In this document: piece after piece, positions 47,603 to 58,700 of the stretch
Layout: every line of letters starts with the position of its first letter
Position numbering within the stretch: position 1 is the stretch's first letter
Virus record (IMG/VR): IMGVR_UViG_3300035180_002574
Location: 64,001 to 128,000 of that record
DNA: 64,000 nucleotides
DNA from: a virus
Reading direction: 5' to 3' (one strand)
The notes under the pieces: generated by a model
What the model saw: the letters and a program-made list of their open reading frames with translations, nothing else
What the model was told of the DNA's origin: nothing
The model's database searches: none
Program-made: the position numbers and the translations under genes

Positions 47603-48259
47603 TTATTTTTTTAGGTCTTCCAAGACCTCTTTCACGTCTTCTTCCGTCTTAAGAGAAAACTTCTCTCGTGCGGATTTAGATAATTCTAAATACTGATCAT
47701 ATAAATAATTTAATAACGATTCATCAAGCTCTTCGATGAATGACAATTTAGTTTCTAATGAGTCGGTAGCTAAAAATACGCTTATTTCTACTCCGGCAAT
47801 ATGAGTTATTGATCTGGCTAAAAATTGTTTTCTCATTTCAAATGGACCCTCAATGGTACCATCAAATTTAGACACTGCTTTGATAGTTTCGCGCATTTCT
47901 TTTCCACGAAGAGTTTGTAGGGTGAAAACATTTCCATTAATATCAACATCTTTAGTTAATTTGGTCATGCCAATCAACATTTCAATACGACGTTTAGCCC
48001 CTTCACTTATTTTTTCAATTCCTGTTCTACGCGCTTCTTTTGCTGCTCTAATTTGTTCCTCAACACGACTTACTTCAGGACGCTCCGCAACTTCTACCTT
48101 GTTTTGGAACTCTCTAATTGCACTTTCATCTAATGAAGGCATGCCACTTTGCTGCATTCTCTGATGTAAATGTTGTACTGTTTCATCTGGAATATCGATT
48201 TCTCGTAGTTGTTGACCAGAAAAATTCTTTTTACCTAACGGACTATCAAAATTAGCCAT
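47603..48259 (-). CDS. Tail assembly chaperone (G-like)
   Basis: Between tube and tape measure; start ATG 48259 with GGAG RBS; FTLQTL...FLARSITHIAG..LLNYLYDQY. Confidence 0.82.
   Translation of the reverse strand: MANFDSPLGKKNFSGQQLREIDIPDETVQHLHQRMQQSGMPSLDESAIREFQNKVEVAERPEVSRVEEQIRAAKEARRTGIEKISEGAKRRIEMLIGMTKLTKDVDINGNVFTLQTLRGKEMRETIKAVSKFDGTIEGPFEMRKQFLARSITHIAGVEISVFLATDSLETKLSFIEELDESLLNYLYDQYLELSKSAREKFSLKTEEDVKEVLEDLKK
47606..47612 (-). other. Programmed -1 ribosomal frameshift site A AAA AAA
   Basis: CTA AAA AAA TAA at the end of the chaperone gene; -1 frame open for 117 more codons. Confidence 0.85.
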
Positions 48260-48279
48260 ATTTAAACTCCATAAATATA

Positions 48280-48320
48280 AAACTCCCTGCAAATATATAT
48301 ATATCAATTGCGGGGAGTTT
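48280..48320. promoter_or_regulatory. 13-bp inverted repeat with (TA)n loop between tube and chaperone; terminator or promoter element
   Basis: AAACTCCCTGCAA 48280-48292 / TTGCGGGGAGTTT 48308-48320; T-rich flanks on both strands. Confidence 0.65.
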
Positions 48321-48347
48321 ATAATTATTAGGGAGTTTCGTAATTTG

Positions 48348-48986
48348 TTAGAATAACATGCCAGTTGATCCTATATCAATAAGACCGGCAGCATCCAAAG
48401 AGCCTCTTCTTCCATTTGCTCCAGTATCTGTAAGTCTTTCAATTGAAAGATTGCTGAATGGAATTCCTCTTTCACCGCCCTGTGCAACTGGAACGCCGCT
48501 ACCAGAGGTAAGTACGCTATACATGGTTTCTGCTTCCCATGTCATGTTATCGGTGATAAGCCAGTTTTCAGAGCTGTATTCATAATCAAGTCCAGTAATC
48601 CATACGTTCTTAATTACAGTAGAGATTTGATTTGCAACATCTGCCTTTTGTTTATCAATAATTACGATATCAAAAGGATATGCTTGTGATTGAACGTGTA
48701 TAAAACCACGTCCGAAAGATTCGGCGATCCTTAACCTGTCAAATCTAACTCTTCTACAGGTGCCAGTAAAATTAGATGAACTAATTGGTACTGAGTCAAT
48801 ATGACCGTCGTTTCCAACTTCATCGATCATTTTTACTGATCTTTTTTCGCTTATGTTTAAAGATTGAATTGCTCCAACAGGCGTCTTTCCTACCAAAATA
48901 AGAATGTTGGTAGAAATTGCTGTGCTAGTTTTATTAGCACCTGACCCGAAAGTCAGTGTTGATTGTGTATTTGGTGCTAAAGCCAT
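48348..48986 (-). CDS. Tail tube protein
   Basis: VGAIQSLNISEKRSV..IDEVG...RRVRF..PFDIVI..IKNVWIT; directly after the sheath. Confidence 0.88.
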   Translation of the reverse strand: MALAPNTQSTLTFGSGANKTSTAISTNILILVGKTPVGAIQSLNISEKRSVKMIDEVGNDGHIDSVPISSSNFTGTCRRVRFDRLRIAESFGRGFIHVQSQAYPFDIVIIDKQKADVANQISTVIKNVWITGLDYEYSSENWLITDNMTWEAETMYSVLTSGSGVPVAQGGERGIPFSNLSIERLTDTGANGRRGSLDAAGLIDIGSTGMLF

Positions 48987-49003
48987 TTATATATTCTCCC
49001 TAA

Positions 49004-51769
49004 TTATAGTTGACCAAGACTTACTTTAATGTAAATGAAGTTAACTGGATAGGTTGGCTGTACTCTTACAGTGATGTTCCATTGTCTTGGATCTACATCA
49101 TCTTTCTTAACGACCAAGTCCTTATATGCAGTTAATAATCCTTGAGACGCAAGAGAATTCAATAATTGAACTGCCCTAGTATTCAAGATTGCCTGAGTAT
49201 CTGGGCTTTCTGCGGTTCCAATGAATCCTGCAAAGCCAGATCTCAAGAATTTTGCGATTCTATCTCTAATGAAAACAATAGAGATTTCTTGTTCCTCTGG
49301 ATATCCACTTTGAGTAGTTGTGATTCCCCAAACAACCCTTCCGCCACCAGAAACTGGTTGAACGGTTGTTACACCAGCTGAGGCTAATTGTTCCAAAGTA
49401 AAGGTTGAGAATTGCTTGTTTCTTAAAATAGTAAATCCAGTAAGAACCTTGTTAGTTAGAGGCTCTTCAATCTTGATTACTCCAGACAAATATCCGGCAG
49501 CAGCTGATGCAAGATAGAATCCATCGATTAAAACATTCTCGGTGCCTGCTTGAACAACTATCTGATCTGGATAGAAGTATACACATCTAAATGTATTTCC
49601 AAATGCATCGGCAACTGAGTAATTTGCTAGATCTTCAATATTTCCAGCCAAAATATCAGTAATGTTTTCGCCTTGAATTCCTTCAAGAACTCCAATATCT
49701 TCAACAGCAGCCAAAGTTGCTCCCGTCAAATTGCTTGGTGTTAATCCGTTGATTGCACCACAGAACAATACTCTTTCTTTCTTGTTCCTTATATTACTCA
49801 TCGTAATACAGTGAGTTAAAGCATTCTGGAAGATTGCACTGATGGTTTGTTTTGGAAGTGGTACAACAATATCGCATTCAACAACTTCTAATGAAGCCAA
49901 AGCGGCTGCCCATCCAGCATCGTAGAATGATGCTTCCTTTGCATCAACGATGGTAATCCTTAATCCATTTCCGTTTGGAACAACATTTTTGTTGATGACA
50001 ACATAATCACTAGTATCAGAAGGGTCTAATACTTCATATCTTAATCCGCTTTCGTTAACAAGACTCTTTTCAATAGTCACTGTATTCAATAATGGATTGT
50101 AAGATGTAATATCATACAAACCATTATTTGTAGCGGTTCCATTTATTCTGATTCTACGAGTTAGAATGTTGGAAATTGTGCTAAAATCTACTCCAGTTAA
50201 TGCGTTACTTGCAAGAGTTGCAGTTGCTGTGGTTAAGATAGCCGTAACAGAGCCGTCAGTTGCCGAAGCAAGAGGCAAGTCGGTTGATGCGTCAATTACC
50301 TGGAAAGCAACAGAGGTTTGTGTGGTGAAATCAGTAAATCCGCCGTGAGTGACATATAGTTGTCCACCAGAAACCGAATCGATGGTATAGGTTCCAATGT
50401 TTGCAACATTTTGCGCATCAATTACTTTCAAAGTCTTTCCAGCATATGTAGAATCGAAAGCGATTGAAGATCCAAACACTCCCTTATTAATAAAGGCGAG
50501 ATTACGTCCAATATGTCCATCAAATCCAGATGCAATTGTTGCTAAACTTTGTTTTACTGTATAAAAGAATGAATAACCGCCTGGGGCAGGAGTATTATTC
50601 ATGATAAAAGCATCTGTAGTTGGATGTCCAGGAGTATCTAAAGTATAATATGTTAACTTATTTGGAAGTATCTGAGTTTCTACGTTAGTAGAGTTATTTT
50701 TAACGAAGAAATGTATATTGGAATTAAAATCTGGGACAACACCAACTGGCAATGGAAAAATAAAATCGTCATCGCTGGTAGAATTGGAGTTGACAGCATC
50801 ACTTAATGTATAAGAAGTTCTTCTTGGCATTGGAGGTGCTGCCTGAACTGTAAGAATTGAAGGCGCACCATTATCAAAAGCCAATTGCGCGCCAAGTGAT
50901 AAATTGTTACTAACACTTGGGGTTCCGTGTCTCTTTAATACGTCATCCATTCCTAACATTAGGACTGGATCATTCAGGTTTGCAGAGGGAATATAGTTTG
51001 CGGTTAAACTGTCGCCTCTAACCAATACGCCGCTTGCCACTTTTATAGTAAAAGCGTCGCCCTCTCTAAATGGAGAAGTAGCTATCGACAAAACTTTAGT
51101 TTCGTCTATTGAGAAACTAAGAATTCCATTGGATACAACATTATTGTTGGCAGTCCAGATAATTGGGTTTCCATTTGCGTCTAACTTTGCTCCAGAAACA
51201 GATCCAATTGCGATAAACTTAGCGGTATCTTGAATTGGTTGATTTAATGGATTTCTTTGAACAGATACACATCTTACCGACCAAGTCTCTGGTGGAGCAT
51301 TTGGATCGACTAAAGTTAGTGAATTAATGACGCCCAATCCTACGTTTGTAGAAAGTGGTACATAAAAAGAGCCGCCCTGATCTACTAAGTGCGCTCTCTG
51401 CAACTCAACCTTGCCAGATGAGATATCGATTCTATAATCATATTTATTGCTAAATGGATTTCCATCAATTAAAGACTCTAGTCCAACCAATGATACGCCA
51501 TTTTTAAATAATGTTGTTCTATTGGAGATTAATGGAAAACTTGATAATTGAAAATGTCTACCGTCAGCACCTGTGGTTGATGTGTAGCTAGAATTCAAAC
51601 CATCTTTTCCGCCACCGTTAGCCTGTGACACGATAACTTCATCAGTTGACCCTTCACCAATTATTGCAGCTAAACGAGAACCTCCTGGAATTGCTACTCC
51701 GCGAGATTGAGTTACTACATCAGTAATAACGCTTGGTAGGATGTTTGTAGCTCCTTGTATATTTGCCAT
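49004..51769 (-). CDS. Contractile tail sheath protein with inserted surface domains
   Basis: C-terminal EPLTNKVL..LASAGVTTV..RVVWGITT..EISIVFIRD..DPRQWNITVRVQPTYPVNFIYI; start probably ATG 51769 (MANIQG). Confidence 0.93.
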   Translation of the reverse strand: MANIQGATNILPSVITDVVTQSRGVAIPGGSRLAAIIGEGSTDEVIVSQANGGGKDGLNSSYTSTTGADGRHFQLSSFPLISNRTTLFKNGVSLVGLESLIDGNPFSNKYDYRIDISSGKVELQRAHLVDQGGSFYVPLSTNVGLGVINSLTLVDPNAPPETWSVRCVSVQRNPLNQPIQDTAKFIAIGSVSGAKLDANGNPIIWTANNNVVSNGILSFSIDETKVLSIATSPFREGDAFTIKVASGVLVRGDSLTANYIPSANLNDPVLMLGMDDVLKRHGTPSVSNNLSLGAQLAFDNGAPSILTVQAAPPMPRRTSYTLSDAVNSNSTSDDDFIFPLPVGVVPDFNSNIHFFVKNNSTNVETQILPNKLTYYTLDTPGHPTTDAFIMNNTPAPGGYSFFYTVKQSLATIASGFDGHIGRNLAFINKGVFGSSIAFDSTYAGKTLKVIDAQNVANIGTYTIDSVSGGQLYVTHGGFTDFTTQTSVAFQVIDASTDLPLASATDGSVTAILTTATATLASNALTGVDFSTISNILTRRIRINGTATNNGLYDITSYNPLLNTVTIEKSLVNESGLRYEVLDPSDTSDYVVINKNVVPNGNGLRITIVDAKEASFYDAGWAAALASLEVVECDIVVPLPKQTISAIFQNALTHCITMSNIRNKKERVLFCGAINGLTPSNLTGATLAAVEDIGVLEGIQGENITDILAGNIEDLANYSVADAFGNTFRCVYFYPDQIVVQAGTENVLIDGFYLASAAAGYLSGVIKIEEPLTNKVLTGFTILRNKQFSTFTLEQLASAGVTTVQPVSGGGRVVWGITTTQSGYPEEQEISIVFIRDRIAKFLRSGFAGFIGTAESPDTQAILNTRAVQLLNSLASQGLLTAYKDLVVKKDDVDPRQWNITVRVQPTYPVNFIYIKVSLGQL

Positions 51770-51808
51770 ATTGAAATCCTTGTCACTCAGTTTGGTAGAT
51801 TGTATCAT

Positions 51809-51857
51809 TAAAATGTAGTAATATTCATATTCTTAGAATATTATTTACTGCATTTTA
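51809..51857. promoter_or_regulatory. 13-bp inverted repeat upstream of the sheath gene
   Basis: TAAAATGTAGTAA 51809-51821 / TTACTGCATTTTA 51845-51857. Confidence 0.55.
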
Positions 51858-51907
51858 TTGTCTGTTTGATTCTAAACTTTATATTTTAGTCACTCAAATC
51901 CGACTTC

Positions 51908-52717
51908 TTACCCTTTTAGCAGCATATCAGTGATGCTAACGTCACTATTAATTGTAAGATTATTGGCAACTGGTGAGTCTGGAATGTCCAGATCCTGGAA
52001 ATCAACGGTAAAAAATATCGCGTCAATTAAATTTCCAACAGGAATTTCCCTTCGCCATTCAGTTCTTATATCTAATGTCAGAGATAGCATATATAATTTA
52101 TCACTTCTATCATCTGTTTCTGATGGAGCACCAATTTGTGGCGGTTTTACGATAATTCCGATGTCATAAAGACTATCAACCGAGATTTCAGAAAAAAACA
52201 TACCAATTAATTCTGCTAAATCGTCTCTTGCCCTTAAACTTCTTGATTTAATATCTATTATTATAGATCCTTCCCAAACTCCCGCAGTTACAAATGCTTT
52301 TGGTCTTTTTACTGTGGTACAATGACCATATCCATCTTCGTAAATAACATCTTCATATTTAACACTTCCCTTTTCTCTATTTATAGAAATTGGAACATAT
52401 TTACTTCCGCCACTTTTTACTAAAACAGCGGGGTAATGTATTCCGTCAAAACGATAATTTTCACCAATATAAAGCCTAGTGCTCAAAATAGACTCATCAT
52501 TAGGTCCAGAAGGTAAATCTGCTCCTAAAGGTAAGTCTGTATGATCTGTTGTATTAGGAAACCCCCATTGGTCTCTTGCATAATGATAATAGCTATCTTT
52601 AGAAAAATAATCTCTCAAAAATGCAATTATCATTTCTTTTGGATAAACAAGCATTGATGCTTGTACCAAATTATACAAGGAATATAGGTCTGACCTAAAA
52701 GCATTATTACTGCTCAT
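51908..52717 (-). CDS. Tail terminator / neck protein-like
   Basis: Directly before the sheath; YPAVLVKSGG, WEGSIIIDIKSRS..ARDDLAELI, LTLDIRTEWR. Confidence 0.7.
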   Translation of the reverse strand: MSSNNAFRSDLYSLYNLVQASMLVYPKEMIIAFLRDYFSKDSYYHYARDQWGFPNTTDHTDLPLGADLPSGPNDESILSTRLYIGENYRFDGIHYPAVLVKSGGSKYVPISINREKGSVKYEDVIYEDGYGHCTTVKRPKAFVTAGVWEGSIIIDIKSRSLRARDDLAELIGMFFSEISVDSLYDIGIIVKPPQIGAPSETDDRSDKLYMLSLTLDIRTEWRREIPVGNLIDAIFFTVDFQDLDIPDSPVANNLTINSDVSITDMLLKG

Positions 52718-52720
52718 AAA

Positions 52721-55700
52721 TTACCACCTGTATTTTACCATAAGAGGAGATATGTAGAAGTCGGTACCAACTACAGGGTTTCTAAGATATCTAATATCCA
52801 ACGTAACGCCAATTGACTGAAATCTATTAGTTGTAAATTGATCTGAAATATCAGTTCCGCCAGGACCAGCCGTTGTAGTATCAAGAACCATTGGTATTGT
52901 TAGTGAAGTAGAATTGATTTGACGTCCATCTACCATTACTGCTACCGGAGATAAATCATTAGTAATTCCAGCATCTCTAATACCAGAACCATATGGAGGT
53001 AAGCCGGATGGTAATCCAGTGAAATAATCTAGATCAACATATAAATTACTAACAGAATATCTATTCAAAGATAAGTAAAATAATGTATTTGCGTGATTTA
53101 TATCTACGATGGATTCCCAAGGTCTTAGACCCATTTGCAATTTAACAATTCTAACATTTGCTGGAAGATATTTGTCTAGATTTTCTTGCCAACCTAATAT
53201 TTTTACTGTTGGAGTATCCGTATCGTGAATCCATAATACTGGAGATTTATAAAGACCAATAATATCAGATGCAACTTTATCTACACCTGGGGCACTTGTA
53301 ACGAAGAAGGCTCCCGGGCTATATCCAGTGGTTGTTGAGAATCCAAACTCTCCAAATAAACCTGCATTGTTTGTGATTGGGATGGATAAATAACCAGTTT
53401 GATTAATATTTCTTTCGATAATCCATCTTCTAGCGTTACTGGTTCCTAAGAAAGTGATATTAACAGTTAATTCGCTAATATCGTTGTGTACAATATCAGT
53501 AATCCATGGGCTATCAAAGAAGTTTTCAGTAATAACACCATGAGAAGATGCTCCGTCCCAAGCTGGCATATCTACGGTTCCGAAAGCAACGTAAGCTAAA
53601 ATAGTCTTTCCATTTCTGTAGATTCTATTGTGGGTTACAATATTATTGGAGCCGGATACTAAAATTCCGATGTTAGCAGGAATGCCAGATAATACGTTTT
53701 CATCCATACCTTTAACAGTATTATGGCTGATTTGACATGAGCCTTGTGAGAAAATTCCCCCATACTTATAAAGATAAGTAATTGGAGTAATAGAGGTAGT
53801 ATACCAATAACCCGCACCAATACTATTTCCAGTTATGATACATGGAGAATCTGGAACATCCGTGTCACTAGAAGACGATGCCGCTTGATGGATATTAGAT
53901 GCAACTGTTATTGCATAGCCATAGGCATAGCCACCGGTAAATCCGTAACTTCCCGTTTCATTATCATTAAAATTATCAAGATATGCTTGATCATATGCTA
54001 CAAGTGAATTATTCACTACCTGTATAGAAGAGTCTGTGGTAGTAGTTATTGCGGCATGTATCCAATTTGATCTATTCTTCGTGATAGTTACATGACCAGA
54101 AGCATATACGCACTTATTAACCGTTCTATCTCCAATAAGTGTATTAATCAGCTTGATTGGATACCAATAGTGGCCAGTGTGATCCATGGTTGCAATCAAG
54201 TGACACAAATTGTTTTCGATGATAAGATTTGACGTTTTATCATTTAATGAGTTAGGAACGATATTAATGAACTTAGTATCGGCAGAAACCCAATATCCAA
54301 TTGTTCCACAAATGTTATCTCTAATAACAACATTTTGCGCAATTAAACCTGATAGCATATTTCCGGTTGATGTTAGATCAGTTTGAGAAGTTACCAATAT
54401 CATTTGATTTCTATTGCATGTATTATTTGCAATTAATACATTAGCAACGGTTGGTCTTTGAGAGCCATCAATAGTTACCGGCGCCTTATTAATAATAGCG
54501 ATTGCTGCCGCAACATCATCCGCATTTGTTGAAACATTTAAGTTGTTGAACTTACAATTAGTAATTGTGACATTACTTAATATAGACGTATTGGTTGGTA
54601 GCTCAAAATTAATAAAACTTAATCTGAACTTGCTTCCCAATGGCGGATTATAATTAAATGTAACCCTATCTATAGTAATATCTGTTATTGTACTAGCAAC
54701 ATTACAATAAATATATCCTCTTCCAGAATTAACAAAATCTCCAGGATTATAGGTAAATCCATTTGGCAAACCATTAGCCGGATCTGCTGCATAAATATCT
54801 GGTCCAATATTTGGATCATGTGTAGAGGTAACGCTCAATCTTGATAACACAAGGTTATTTGCGCTATTAACTAAAAATTGAGAGAAATTTCCAATGAAAG
54901 AAGAATCAGTGATTCTAATTCCAGAATTTGGTACGTCAAATTCTGTTTGATGATTTATTAAGAATACGGTTCCCGGTGCTTGAGAGTCAACATATGCGAA
55001 TTCAACTTCAACATGATTTCCTTCAAACCTAAAATCTTTATTATTTCCCAATTTGAATACGGCACCAGCATCGGCGGGAACTGTATAATTAACAAAGATT
55101 GTACAATCTTTAAAAGAAACATTTTCTGAATTAGTCAAATCAATAGCTATATTTCCAGACGGAGTAGTATCTACCTGCAAATGAATTTCGCAATTCTCGA
55201 AAGATAAATTTTTTGAGCTTGGTAAAATAGCTAGTTTTTTAAGGAAATCCACCCTCATGTTTCTGATGGTGAGATTAGATCCTAAGGTAACTAATGCATT
55301 GAATGTTAATTGCGCGTTATTTTCTCCTTCAAAAATTGTTGAGTGACCAAAATCCAATATCGTATTGCTGCTGATAGTTCCTGTAAGAGAATTTGCTCCA
55401 TTAAAATTTGCAAAACTATTAAATGAATTATTATACTTAACCCAATTTATTATGGCTAGAGGATTCCTAAAATTACCCTGAGATTGTGCTAGGGTTAATT
55501 TCAATGGTAAATTACTATCAGCGTCATTAACATATCTTCTAGCATCTGTAGTCATTGAGAAAGATACATATGCTGGAAGTGGGGATGTTGTTAGCGTAGC
55601 TCCCACGATGTATAATATTGTTAAATCTTTTCTAGTATTGACGATATCTGAGAAAGTATTTGCATCAACAAAATAAGATAGCCCGGTATTTGGATTAAAT

Positions 55701-58700
55701 ACCTTCATCATTCTGTTTGGATCATTTGGCGTGCCTAACGCAACATCATGGTCTAATAATGGTTGGAATTGATATTCTCCCTTTGAGTTAACACAAAGAG
55801 CCCAGTTTATACTGTAATATGTTCCGGAATAAAACTCTTGTAGAACTGGAATTGCTAATTTAGCATCATTCATTTGAATGATCTTTCCATCTACTAGAAC
55901 TTTACCACCATTAATATGAATTTGATCGTTATGAACAATAAATGGTGATGCCGACAAATCAAAACCAGAAATTACTCCATTCATATGCAATAATTTCTCT
56001 GGCAAAGAAATATAATTCAATGCAGAAGTGCTGAGATCTTTTTCTGAAGTATTTCCAAATTGACGGGCATCTTGAAGGTATGTGATTTTGTTTGTCACGT
56101 CATTTAATTGACATGTGCTAATCATCATTACTTCATCATCTAATGATAATGAAGGAAATAATTGAATATCAATATCTTGGTTCGTGAAAGAGCTTAATAC
56201 GTCATTAGGATCAACATAAAAATCTATATAGTCATTTCCTGTGCTGTCATAGAATCTGGTGATTTCACCTTTTCTGCCGGTAGTATATTGACCATAAACA
56301 GTGTGTAGAGACCCGTCCCACTGAGTTAGCCAACCAGTATATACTCCGGTGGTATCATTATAGCTAGAAAGAGTAAGTGTAGTTTTTTGGATTTGTCCAA
56401 ACTGAAAGCCTCTTAATTTTGGAGAAACTTTGATGATATTAAATTTCGCCAATTCTGAGTGAGAATATAATGGAATTGTACCGTTCACTGTGTTAGTTGA
56501 ACCGCTAATATTCATTCTGGCGCGTTCATGAGTGAATGTTTTTCCATCCTGAGTAATGTAAACCTCTATATGTCTTTTAAATGCTGGTGGATTTGAAAGA
56601 GAAATATCGGATGCGTTTTCTTTATTAAAAGACACTGAACTGCTATCAAAATATAATGCCACACTACTTCCAATTGGAAGAGTAGCATATGGAGATAGTC
56701 CGGTAGCATGTATAGCATCATACACTACGACATCTGTAGTGGGTGTTGGCGTGCATCCAGAAAATGTTACTGATTTTATAGTAAATCTTCCAAAATCAGT
56801 TAATGACCCACTTTTATTTAACGATTGAATTACTAAAGTCTTTCCAGCTTTCAAATTAGATGCAGAAAGATCTAGAGGTATTGAGTAGGTAACTTCTACG
56901 TGCCCAGATGGTGATGGCGCGGGAACCGGGTTAATTGCAGTCACGGTTGCTGTCCAATAAACATCACCATATCCATCAATGACTTGACCAATATCTGGGG
57001 CTAGCTGATCTCTTTCGGCTCCATTTACATAATAATTGTTTCTCTTTAAAGGAACAAATAATTTGGTTGCTTGAACGGCAGCGGCTGGAGAGCCATAAGA
57101 AGTCATGTATGGAGGACTTGCAATATTAGCTCCTGTCACACCAAATCCTAACGCATCTTTTATCAATCCTGTACTTCCAGCAAAAACGTCAACAACATTA
57201 TTTGGGAAGTTTGATCTGGTAGCTGAAGTATCATATGATCCATCAGATGGATTAACAACTGCATTTAAAATTGAGAAAGCGGCATTGTTGTATGAGTCTG
57301 CTAGTTTTATTCCAAAATTACCATTATAAGAGAATGCAATGAATCTATAATTAAATCCTGGTACTCTAAAAGCATTGTTAGTTGTATTGACAATATAATC
57401 AATAGTATACTTACCTGGTGTTGTTCCTTGATTTCCAGTAATATCAATTGCTGGAAGAATAGTATATCCATCACTTGGATTACCAGTTGGATAAATTGCA
57501 AGATATAAGTTATAGTGACTACTATCTAACTGATCAGGATCAAACCAAACTCCTAGCACTTCGGCGCCTCTTGGAGAGCCGATAATTAAACTTGGAATTT
57601 CTGAGAAAGAATTGTTTGCTGGCGCAACTGCCAATACTCCATATTTATTTGGATTGACTAATGAACGATCAATTCTAGCAGTTGCGTTGGCTGTATATTG
57701 TAAATTCTTTCCGTTTATTCTAATAAGGAACTTTTTAATTAGTCCATTTTGAATATATTTTTTTTCTTTTATTAAGAAAGGAACTTCTACAGTTCCATAA
57801 TTGACTCTTATGACGTCGCCAATTTTAACCAAAGCAAATTGTGCATCAAAAGAATTGGATGACAATAAACCTGCTGGTGGCAATAGTTCTACAATATCAT
57901 CTCCCTTATCAATATCATCAAATGGCGAACTCATAGTTCCAGTGCTTAATAAGTAGGCTACTGCCGGAACAGTTTGCACCAATGCCTGACCATAACCATC
58001 CGCTGTTAAAGAAGATGATCTTGATATCTTTGAAATGCCATTACTATATAAATTTTGAATTCTGCTACCAAGCAAAAAGATACTGGAACTATCGATGAAA
58101 TCAGCAAATAATTGCAAATCATTCATTGTTTGAGGAATAGTATTAAATCTGTTCGTATTTAAAAATACTCCACTTGCAGTGTGAGCATAATTAGATGGAT
58201 AGGTAGACCCATTGTTTGTTTTAATCTTACCTATTGTTCCGAAAGGAGAGCCATCTGCAAATTGATGCGCCAATAACTCATTATTTATATCGTTTATTAA
58301 CGAATAAGATTCAGCATTGTCTCTCAATAAGCCAAATTTATTCTTTAGATATCCAGATGGATCCGAAACTAAAATATGTCTTAATTCATGGAAAAAAGAA
58401 AATCCAGAAATATGTGGCTCTAATTTTATTCCAGAGTCAGAAATCCATCCAGTGTCAATATTGATTTCTCTTGATAGGTCTCTTATGTAATTAAACAAAT
58501 CAGAAGTCCTATAATCAAGACGTAGCTTTGATTCTGGAATGCCTGCATTATCAGCAATTTGTAAGTTAGTTACAGGTAATGTAACCAATCCTAAACTGGT
58601 AATTTCTGATGGTTTAATATGACCATCTGGTTGAATAGCAACGCCAAGTCTTTCAGCGAGAGAATTCATAATACCAGGGGCACCAATTCCCATTTGCTCT

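Noticed and set aside
16511-52717. Bacterial extracellular contractile injection system or T6SS rather than a phage
   Set aside because: It is linked to DnaB/DnaC/UvsW replication genes, an endolysin, homing endonucleases and a chaperone frameshift, in single-strand phage-like organisation
15728-57501. Short minus-strand ORFs nested in other frames (15728..15916, 34494..34703, 57307..57501)
   Set aside because: They lie mostly or wholly inside larger genes and have no independent features
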